DNA of 64,000 nucleotides, from positions 7,382 to 71,381 of IMG/VR virus record IMGVR_UViG_3300043788_000078. The stretch is one strand, 5' to 3'. Both the position numbers and the translations under genes were made by a program. This document shows positions 53,375 to 60,724 of the stretch, in pieces (positions within the stretch are counted from its first letter, which is position 1; every line of letters starts with the position of its first letter). Source of the DNA: a virus. The notes below the pieces were generated by a model. The model was not told the DNA's origin, ran no database searches, and was given only the letters and a program-made list of their open reading frames with translations.

Positions 53375-53700
53375 TCCTGCCTCCTCTCGCGCCACCAGGC
53401 GCACAGCGCCCTGTGCGCCTCGCCGCTGTTGATCCAGTCGCCGTAGCACTGGACGAGCCGGGGCTGATGGCGGCTGAACACCAGCTCCAGGACCATCCCT
53501 CCCGTGGTGCTGTACGCCGCCACGCACGGCGGGCCGTCCGCAGACGGGTCGTATTCCAGTTCCTGAATGCGCTTCTCGCGCATCCCGGCCAGGGCGCTGG
53601 CCGCGCTGTCCAGGCCGCCGTTGTTGGCGAGCCACGTCAGGTCATGCTCGGCCTGCACGAACGCGGTCTCGTTCTTCTTGTCTTTCGCCCGCGCGGTCAC
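53371..53700 (-). CDS. Hypothetical protein
   Basis: GTGA overlap. N-terminus resembles that of 52726-53154 (A.HDL.WLA..G.LD). Confidence 0.5.
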   Translation of the reverse strand: MTARAKDKKNETAFVQAEHDLTWLANNGGLDSAASALAGMREKRIQELEYDPSADGPPCVAAYSTTGGMVLELVFSRHQPRLVQCYGDWINSGEAHRALCAWWRERRQE

Positions 53701-53936
53701 AGGACGCGCCCGTCCGGCGTGATGAACACGCCGCCGTGGATGTCGCAGCCGGCCTGCGCGGGCTGCCCGGGGCGGCTGCGGTCCGGCCACGGGCTGCACG
53801 TGCACGTGACGGCGGCGAAGCGCAGCTGCTGCTCGCGTGCCGTGGTGATGATCTCGTTCTCCAGCTCGCGCAGGTGCGCGGCCCCGGCGATCACCGCCGC
53901 GATATCCGGCGGCATTCCGCCTGTTACTTCCTTCAT
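53697..53936 (-). CDS. Hypothetical protein (CTC...C.IHG)
   Basis: GGGAGCAG RBS. Confidence 0.5.
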   Translation of the reverse strand: MKEVTGGMPPDIAAVIAGAAHLRELENEIITTAREQQLRFAAVTCTCSPWPDRSRPGQPAQAGCDIHGGVFITPDGRVL

Positions 53937-53976
53937 CTGCTCCCTTTCCCGTGCTTACGGGGTCTTTCCCGTGATC

Positions 53977-54183
53977 CTACAAGACGCTCCGTGCCTGCCC
54001 GGCGTGCCAGCGCCGGTATTCCTCGCGTCCCTCGCCGGGCTGCCAGCAGCCTCGCGAGGCTATGACCTGCTGCGTTCCCGCCAGGCAGTTGCACGACACC
54101 GTCAGCATGCGCGACTTCGACGCGCGCAGCACGATCTGGTGCGGCAGCGAGGGATCCTCCAGGGGACTGTCAGGCGGCGGCAT
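53977..54183 (-). CDS. Hypothetical protein
   Basis: H.I.L...VSCNC...YRRWH. Confidence 0.5.
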   Translation of the reverse strand: MPPPDSPLEDPSLPHQIVLRASKSRMLTVSCNCLAGTQQVIASRGCWQPGEGREEYRRWHAGQARSVL

Positions 54184-54409
54184 CGCCGGTGACCACCCTG
54201 CGTATCTCGCCCGCCGGGATCAGCCAGTGGCCGCCGGGCGTCAGCGTGCCCTCGATGCGCCCGGCGCGGAGCCAGTTCGCGATCGTCTTCTTGTCGCACC
54301 CGGCCAGGATCGCGGCCTGCGGCGTCGTCAGGGGGAGCCCGTTCAGCAGCCGGCGCTTGGCTATCTGCGCCAGCTCGTCCGGGTCCCTGGTCTCCCTGGT
54401 GTGCGCCAC
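54170..54409 (-). CDS. MerR/excisionase-type HTH DNA-binding protein
   Basis: LTTPQAA.LAGCD.KTIANW...GRI...TPGGHW.I...EI. AGGAGG RBS. Confidence 0.8.
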   Translation of the reverse strand: MAHTRETRDPDELAQIAKRRLLNGLPLTTPQAAILAGCDKKTIANWLRAGRIEGTLTPGGHWLIPAGEIRRVVTGDAAA

Positions 54410-54478
54410 GGTCTCCTCCTGTCACGCGCTGCGCTCACGATAGCCCGCGCGCGGCGCTGTGTCACCTGGCGGCACTTG

Positions 54479-54721
54479 CTACCGCACGGTAGCAAGCCAG
54501 GCGACGAACGCTCCCAGCGCGCATACCAGGGCGAGCGTGACGATGGCCTGGACGGCGTCCAGGGCCGTCCTGCGCGCTGCGGACGCCCTCCCGGCGTGGA
54601 ATGCCAGGCGCGCGATGTCCTGCTGGTCCGTGCGGCCCGCGAAGGGCGTCGTGACCAGCCAGGCGCTGAAGTCGCCGTCGGCAGTGCGCGGTGCCGGGCG
54701 CTGCCTGCCCGTCCCGCTCAT
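54479..54721 (-). CDS. Small protein with C-terminal TM
   Basis: ATGA overlap. Hydrophobic C-terminus. Confidence 0.45.
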   Translation of the reverse strand: MSGTGRQRPAPRTADGDFSAWLVTTPFAGRTDQQDIARLAFHAGRASAARRTALDAVQAIVTLALVCALGAFVAWLATVR

Positions 54722-55374
54722 CCGGGGATCTCCTCGCGGTCCGGGAAGCCGGACAGGGAGAACAGCGCGGGCCAGTCGACCGGCGCGTCGGCGGCAGCGG
54801 CGGCCTGCCCGTCCGCGAGCGCGGCGATCCTGGCCTCAATCCGCGCCAGGCGCTCTTCCAGCCGGTCGAACCGCTCCTGCGGCCAGCCGGTGTACCTGCC
54901 GGCGGGGGCCGGGGCCGGGTCGTTATCCCCGCCAGGGGGAAACGTCCCTCCCTCCGCAGCGGGGGCCGTGCGCGGGCCCGGGGTCTTCTGCTGGGGCAGC
55001 GGGATGACGTCGGTGGGCTCCGCGTCAGGGATGAGGCTCCCGGCCCGGAATTCCTGAGCGCCGGGAGCGCCGGGCATCGGGAAGTCCGGGGGAAGCGCGC
55101 CGTTCGCCTTGGCGATCTCGATCGAGCTGACCTGGTGATACTCCTTCACTGCCAGGCCGAAGCCGGACAGCGCGGCGGCTATCGCTACTTTGGCCTGCTC
55201 ATCGTCACCCTCGTTGTGATCCTTGCTCAGTTGTTCGAGATGTCGCTTGATACCTGTGACGGAGCTGATGCGCCCCGGCGTGGCGGCCTCCCAGTATCGC
55301 GATATGTAGCCGATAGCATCCTCTCTGTTTCCTTGACGCTTCAACCACATGGAAAACGTTGTCATTTTCATCAT
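54718..55374 (-). CDS. Hypothetical protein (YozE-like N-terminus, uncertain)
   Basis: TFSMWL..Q..R.D.IG..SR. GGGAGATG RBS. Confidence 0.5.
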   Translation of the reverse strand: MMKMTTFSMWLKRQGNREDAIGYISRYWEAATPGRISSVTGIKRHLEQLSKDHNEGDDEQAKVAIAAALSGFGLAVKEYHQVSSIEIAKANGALPPDFPMPGAPGAQEFRAGSLIPDAEPTDVIPLPQQKTPGPRTAPAAEGGTFPPGGDNDPAPAPAGRYTGWPQERFDRLEERLARIEARIAALADGQAAAAADAPVDWPALFSLSGFPDREEIPG

Positions 55375-55379
55375 CTCCC

Positions 55380-55860
55380 TACGGTCATCTGCCTGCCTGC
55401 TCGGTCATCTGCCTGCCTGCCTGCCCGGTAAACCTGCCTGCCTGCCTGCCTGCCTTCTTCCCCGCATCCTACCCTCCCGTCCGCGCGACCGCCCGCGAGA
55501 GAGCAGAACAGGCATCATCTGACAGGCTCTTTGGAACTTTGGAACTTGGAACTTTCATTCCCAAGAGGGCCCGTGTGCGCGTGTGTGCGGGCGCGTGCGG
55601 GCGCGCATGACGCGTAAGTTACCATTATTACTTCCAATGGTTCCAAAGTTCCAAACAAAGTATATAACCCCAGGTCAGCATGGTTGCAGCCATGTGGAAC
55701 TTTCCCGGAAGTTTGGAACTTACAACAGGCAGTACTCTCATCTGCCTGCCTGCCTGCCTGCCTGCCTGATTCCTACGGTGTGTAGTGGTCAGGCAGATTG
55801 GGCAGATTTAACATATCTGCCTGCTGCCCGGAACATTACTTCCACGGGAAAGTTCCAGGG
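55380..55860. other. Probable replication origin region
   Basis: Non-coding, directly downstream of the helicase. (CTGC)n tracts, direct and inverted GGAACTT heptamers, an alternating purine/pyrimidine run and an AT-rich stretch. Confidence 0.65.
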
Positions 55861-55862
55861 GA

Positions 55863-57419
55863 TCAGGACGTGGCCGCAAGTCCCGTGAACCGGTACCCGT
55901 TGGACTTGATAACGGCGTACTTGCGCCCGATGACGGAGGAGAAGACCTTGCGCCCGGCCGGCCTCACGCCCGCGTCCTCGCACCAGGCGCGGTACCACCG
56001 GTACAGCGGCGTCACCTGGACGCAGCGGTAGACGGGCATCTCGCTGCTCTCGCGCAGCCTGCCCTCGTCTATCCACTCGCTGACGAATTCCAGCGCGTCC
56101 TCGGTCTGCACGGCCATCCGCTCGCGCTCGGCGATCACCGACAGCGGGAGATCGGGGACGTGCCCGAGGCGGTGCTCGCGCTCGGCGCAGGAGACCAGCA
56201 GGCGCAGGATGCCGTCGCGCTCGGCCTTCAGGCGGTCCAGCAGGTGCGGGTCCGGGACCGCGTAGCGCCGCTCGAACCGGACGGCCTCGTGCCGCGACAT
56301 GAACGCGTCGTCCCCGGTGTTGAAGCGGACGGGCGAGTTGCTGCCCAGGAACGGGGTGCACTGCGGCTGCCACTCCACCGGCTTCTCGTACTTGCCCGCC
56401 GTGCGCTGGCGGTCGCGGCCGGTGAGCGCCTTCATGAAGGACACGTCGTACAGCGCGCCCTGGTTGGGCTCGTGCGTGTAGACGAACCGCGCGCCCATCA
56501 GCTCGTGCTGGCGGAACCCGGAGTCCCCGGCGTGCTTGGCCAGGAACGTCTCCACGGGCACGGCGCGCGCGTAGTCCCCGGCCAGGTACGCGATCAGCTC
56601 GGTGAACGTCGACTTGCCGCTGTCCCGCTCGCCGATCAGGTTGGCGAACCCCTTGCGCGGCATCCGGCCGAACAGCGCGTTGCACGTGCGCCACAGCAGC
56701 CACCAGCGCTGGTCCGGGTCCGGCACCGACTCCTCCATGAACCGCAGGAACAGCGGGCACGCGGCCAGGGGGTCCCAGCGCGTGCCGCTGCCCGTGCGCT
56801 TCGTGACCGGGACGCGGCTGTCATGGGGCAGCAGCCTGGCGTGCCCGTCCCGGATGACCTGGGCGTAGCTGATCACGCCGTTGTCCACGATGATGCTCCC
56901 GGTGCCCGCGTCCAGGGCGTCCGCGTCCGCAGAGCACTGCTCGGCAAGCTGGCTGCGGATGGCCTTCTGCCCCGCGTCGTTCCAGATCCGCGTCCGGAAC
57001 GCCTTGCACGGAGCCCAGTTCTCCCGCGCGCGCTTGAGCACGGACGCCTGCGCCTGCCCTCCCATGTCCCTGATTTCGCCGAGCACGGCCTGCCACACGT
57101 CATCAAAGGCCTGCCGGCACCAGGAGGCGAGGAGCTTGGTCATCCGGATCGCGTAGTTGGCCGGCTGGGGCGCGTACCGGCCGCTCCCGTCCCACAGGTA
57201 CCAGCGTTTCGTCTGCTCGCCGTACAGCATCGGGCAGCCTGCGGTCTCCGTCATCCCGGCGACGGACGCGGCCAGCTCGACGTCCGTCCGGGGCAGGCCG
57301 CCCAGCTCCCAGGTGGCCGAGGTGTCGATCGCGCCGTCGCGGTCGTGGATCACGAACCAGTGCGCGGTGAACGGGCGTCCCCGCTCGCCCGCGCGGTCCG
57401 GGCAGCACGGGCCCGCCAT
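55863..57419 (-). CDS. SF3 helicase (D5/P4-primase C-terminal type)
   Basis: W.LWDG, NGVI, GERDSGKST Walker A, ELMGARFV..HE, KALTGRD, SN motif C. Confidence 0.85.
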   Translation of the reverse strand: MAGPCCPDRAGERGRPFTAHWFVIHDRDGAIDTSATWELGGLPRTDVELAASVAGMTETAGCPMLYGEQTKRWYLWDGSGRYAPQPANYAIRMTKLLASWCRQAFDDVWQAVLGEIRDMGGQAQASVLKRARENWAPCKAFRTRIWNDAGQKAIRSQLAEQCSADADALDAGTGSIIVDNGVISYAQVIRDGHARLLPHDSRVPVTKRTGSGTRWDPLAACPLFLRFMEESVPDPDQRWWLLWRTCNALFGRMPRKGFANLIGERDSGKSTFTELIAYLAGDYARAVPVETFLAKHAGDSGFRQHELMGARFVYTHEPNQGALYDVSFMKALTGRDRQRTAGKYEKPVEWQPQCTPFLGSNSPVRFNTGDDAFMSRHEAVRFERRYAVPDPHLLDRLKAERDGILRLLVSCAEREHRLGHVPDLPLSVIAERERMAVQTEDALEFVSEWIDEGRLRESSEMPVYRCVQVTPLYRWYRAWCEDAGVRPAGRKVFSSVIGRKYAVIKSNGYRFTGLAATS

Positions 57420-57633
57420 AACCGGGCCGCGCCCGCTTCTGCTCTGCTGTCAGGTACAGTTGGCACTTGAGGTGCAGACCTTTCATCGGGTGCCTTGCCG
57501 CGAGTCCTGGTCACGCGCTAATGACGGACCCGCACCGGGCCCGGCCGCCATACCCGGCAGCCGGGCCCGGTCCCGTTCCGGGGCGGGGTAAGGGACAGCT
57601 TACGTCCGGGGAGCCGCGCCCGTCGCCCGGGCA

Positions 57634-58623
57634 TCACCGCGTGTCCCCCCGTTCCAGCCAGGCGCGGAACTGCGCCTTCCGGCCGTCCTCGGCCTGCACC
57701 TGGCGCTCCACGAACCGGCGTGCGCTCTCCGCGCAGACAAGCACTTCCCGCCAGCCGAAGCCGTTCTTGTCCGTGGCCGCGTGCACCTGGAGGAGCACGT
57801 CCATGACCTGCACTGACCCGGCCATGGACGTCCCGTGCCGGCGGTAGAGCCCGCACGCGATCCGGTAGGTCTCGCGGTTCCGCTGACCGGGGGGGATGCC
57901 GTTCTCGAGGTACCCGGGCAGCACGTCGTCCAGCGGCGCGCCGGGCGGGGCATGCCCGGCCGCGTCCGTGCGCGGCGGCGGCGGGGCGGATGCCAGCCAG
58001 GGCACGAGCCACCCCGGCGCGCCGGGAACCGCGTGCGGGCACCCGCTCTCCTGCGCGTACGGCACCGGCACCTCTCCCGTGGTGCCGCCGGACCGGTCAT
58101 GCGGGATGACCGGGATCATCGACGGCGCGGAGACGATGAGGCCGCCGTCTCCCTTGACGTCGACGCCGGGCAGTATCCCGTCGCGTCCCGGCACCGCCTC
58201 TCCCTCCGCCGTGCGCAGCCAGTAGTGCAGGCCGCCGGACGGCGTGCGCACGGAGGGCGCGGACATGATCAGGCCCGTGTCCGGGCACTGCGGCGGTCCC
58301 GCCAGGAAGTCCCGGAACGCGCCGGGGCCGTCCTGCCCGCGCTTGACGTCCAGGTCGATGACGGCCAGGCGGTTAACGGACCCGGTCGCGACCCCGATGT
58401 TGGCGGCCATGTCATGGCTCCACCACTCCATGACCTGGTCGGGGTCGCGCGACGCCAGGTGGATGCCGCCCCGGTCGCCAAGAAGAGGATGGGGTCTTTT
58501 GCCTCCCCGTATGAGAGGAATTACTGCATAACCAAGAGCTGCATACCTGAGTGCGGCAGCACCGAGACCGTATTTCTTTGGCAAACGATGATCTGGCTCG
58601 AAATACAGACATTTGCAGTTCAT
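57634..58623 (-). CDS. Bifunctional DNA primase/polymerase (prim-pol) with C-terminal PriCT-like region
   Basis: AL.YA..G..V.PL...GKRP, NIGVATG, VIDLD, TPSGGLHYW, GVDVKG.GG...APS, G.RN. Confidence 0.85.
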   Translation of the reverse strand: MNCKCLYFEPDHRLPKKYGLGAAALRYAALGYAVIPLIRGGKRPHPLLGDRGGIHLASRDPDQVMEWWSHDMAANIGVATGSVNRLAVIDLDVKRGQDGPGAFRDFLAGPPQCPDTGLIMSAPSVRTPSGGLHYWLRTAEGEAVPGRDGILPGVDVKGDGGLIVSAPSMIPVIPHDRSGGTTGEVPVPYAQESGCPHAVPGAPGWLVPWLASAPPPPRTDAAGHAPPGAPLDDVLPGYLENGIPPGQRNRETYRIACGLYRRHGTSMAGSVQVMDVLLQVHAATDKNGFGWREVLVCAESARRFVERQVQAEDGRKAQFRAWLERGDTR

Positions 58624-58730
58624 CGGTACCTGCGGTCATTCCACGGCCACCAGTCGAGCGCGTCGGCGAAGCACGCGTAGACGATTACCGCAAACAGCAG
58701 GATCACGCCAGCGATCAGGTAATAAGCCAT
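58620..58730 (-). CDS. 36-aa single-TM peptide
   Basis: MAYYLIAGVILLFAVIVYACFADALDWWPWNDRRYR. ATGA overlap with the prim-pol start. Confidence 0.4.
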   Translation of the reverse strand: MAYYLIAGVILLFAVIVYACFADALDWWPWNDRRYR

Positions 58731-58926
58731 CCCGGAGCCTCTTCCCGGTCAGGCCTTCCAGGCGCTTCTTAACCTCGTCATAGCCGGCATGCGTGAGTGA
58801 CCCGTCGATGGTGATCAGCAGGCACAGGCCATCGCGGCACATGTCGCACAGCAGGTCTTCCTGCGTGGCCGGCGCGGCGCAGAGAATGATGTGCACATCG
58901 CACCGGCACGCTGCCATGGCGGTCAC
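58636..58926 (-). CDS. Cys-rich hypothetical protein
   Basis: C...ATQEDLLCDMCR. Overlaps the small TM ORF, so one call may be wrong. Confidence 0.4.
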   Translation of the reverse strand: MTAMAACRCDVHIILCAAPATQEDLLCDMCRDGLCLLITIDGSLTHAGYDEVKKRLEGLTGKRLRDGLLPDRWRDPAVCGNRLRVLRRRARLVAVE

Positions 58927-59087
58927 GAGAGCCGGAACTTCCCGCGTATGCCGCACAGCACGATGTGCTGGCTGCGCCGCGTCCGCCGGTACCCGCAGTC
59001 CGGGCACTTCCTGCCGTCGAGCAGGGCCAGGGGCCTGGCTGCCTTCGGCTTCCACGGCCGGCTGCCCCGGTACACGTACCCGGGCAT
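58923..59087 (-). CDS. Small basic zinc-finger protein
   Basis: CPDCGY...H...C. TAATG overlap. Confidence 0.5.
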   Translation of the reverse strand: MPGYVYRGSRPWKPKAARPLALLDGRKCPDCGYRRTRRSQHIVLCGIRGKFRLS

Positions 59088-59329
59088 TACTCGTCCAGGC
59101 TTTCGACCCATGCGGTCAGGCGCGCGCGGTCGGCGGTCTCCTGCCGCTCCACCGCCGCGATCGCGTCCGGGTCGATGACGGTCTCGAACGCGCGGCGCAC
59201 CTCGGCGGCCAGGACATCGGGCGGGAGCGCCTCGCACTGGACGGTCTCGTCGCCGCTGGGGTTCCACGGCGCGAAGCCCCTCGGGCGCGCGCTGGTGTAC
59301 TCGCGCCCGCTGATGAGCCCTTCAGGCAT
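59087..59329 (-). CDS. 80-aa protein, possible internally deleted remnant
   Basis: RPRGFAPWNP fused to TVQCEALPPDVLA..VR...ID...E...R. Confidence 0.45.
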   Translation of the reverse strand: MPEGLISGREYTSARPRGFAPWNPSGDETVQCEALPPDVLAAEVRRAFETVIDPDAIAAVERQETADRARLTAWVESLDE

Positions 59330-59407
59330 GCTGAATCATCTCCCTGTGGTCGTTTCCCGATCTTACCCCCGGGTTCGGGTACAGTAGCGGTACCAGGGAG
59401 GAGATAG

Positions 59408-59944
59408 ATGACCGTGACTGACAACCAGGCTGTCATAACCATCAGCGACAAGGGGATGACCGCGCCCGTCGAGATTCACGGACGCCTGATCGGGCGGGGA
59501 ACCTCCGAGAGGGACGAGTCCGTGAAGTGGGCGGTTGTCGAGATCTACCGCCTGGACGAGGGAGGGTACCTCGCGCACCGGGCCGGGTACTCGCTTTCCT
59601 ACCACCGTGGCGACACCTGGTGCCGGACCCGCGCGGGATCGCGCCCGGGAGCCGACGCGACCGTGGACGACCTGCCGGACGAGGCGGTGCCGTGCCCGGA
59701 CTGCCGGCCGCCGGAGCCGCGCGAGCTGGGCGACGAGGAGAAGATCCGGTACGAGTTCCCGCGCCACACGTTCGACAGCTGCAAGAATGCCGCCGAGGTG
59801 GTCGAGCACCTGACCGTCATCCGGCACCGGGACGGGCGCGCGCCCAGCGTGCGCTTCTCCGGCCCGGTCAGGGCCGCGCTCGGCCAGGCGATGAGCGAAG
59901 ACAGCGCGTTCCGGGACATGGGCCTGGACGCCGTACTGCTGTAG
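59408..59944 (+). CDS. Hypothetical protein with CxxC
   Basis: GGGAGGAGAT RBS. W..VEIYR...GGYL, CPDCRP. Confidence 0.65.
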   Translation: MTVTDNQAVITISDKGMTAPVEIHGRLIGRGTSERDESVKWAVVEIYRLDEGGYLAHRAGYSLSYHRGDTWCRTRAGSRPGADATVDDLPDEAVPCPDCRPPEPRELGDEEKIRYEFPRHTFDSCKNAAEVVEHLTVIRHRDGRAPSVRFSGPVRAALGQAMSEDSAFRDMGLDAVLL

Positions 59945-59960
59945 GGAAAGAGGGAGACAG

Positions 59961-60203
59961 ATGGCAATACCCTGCGAGTCATGCCCGAAGCCGGCGCGCG
60001 AGGTCATCCTCATGCGCGCCGGGGAGAACATGGTCGGCAACGGGATGGCGGTGTGGACGGCGCTGTTCCGCTGCGGTGACGAGCACCTGGCCACGGCCGA
60101 CGCCATGACCATAACGCACCGTGACCCGGATGCGCAGGTCCTGGTGTTCAGCGCCGGGAACCCCCTCGTCCAGGATATTTACGCTGCGGTGCGGGAGCCG
60201 TGA
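59961..60203 (+). CDS. Hypothetical protein (CxxC...CxxxH)
   Basis: GAGGGAGACAG RBS. Confidence 0.55.
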   Translation: MAIPCESCPKPAREVILMRAGENMVGNGMAVWTALFRCGDEHLATADAMTITHRDPDAQVLVFSAGNPLVQDIYAAVREP

Positions 60204-60709
60204 CCGTGCTGCCGGGGACCGTGCTCGCGGTCCGCACGGGAGGGTTCGCGGCCGAGATGATCCGGCTTGGCGCGGCACTGGCCGGCAAGCCGGACATCTC
60301 CAACCACATAGCCGTGGTGCACCACGCCGATGACCAGGGCACGGTGTGGTGCGTGGAGGGCCGTCCCGGCGGGGCCGGCTGGCGGAACGCCTCGGACTAC
60401 CTGTCCTCGCACTGGACGCTGGACAACCGCGACCAGCCGATGACGGACGCGCAGCGGCTCCAGGTCGCGACCATAATCGCCGCGATGGTCGGCACCCCGT
60501 ACGACTGGGCCGCGATCGCCGGCGACGGGCTTGACGACCTGCACCTGTGGGACCCGGTTAACGGCCAGGTGCAGGGCCAGGCGGTGTGCTCCGCCCTGGC
60601 CGCGTGCGCCTACGACAAGGCCGGGCTTCCGCGCCCGCCCGGCGGAGAGCGCGCGGTCCAGCCGTCGGACTGGGATTCCTGGATGATCACGCGCGGCTGG
60701 GAGAAGTAG
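60200..60709 (+). CDS. Circularly permuted NlpC/P60 (YiiX/YaeF-like) papain-fold protein
   Basis: His before Cys order: NHIAVV...VEG...GTPYDW...VCSAL..CAY. Confidence 0.7.
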   Translation: MTVLPGTVLAVRTGGFAAEMIRLGAALAGKPDISNHIAVVHHADDQGTVWCVEGRPGGAGWRNASDYLSSHWTLDNRDQPMTDAQRLQVATIIAAMVGTPYDWAAIAGDGLDDLHLWDPVNGQVQGQAVCSALAACAYDKAGLPRPPGGERAVQPSDWDSWMITRGWEK

Positions 60710-60724
60710 CGCCGGGAGGCTATC

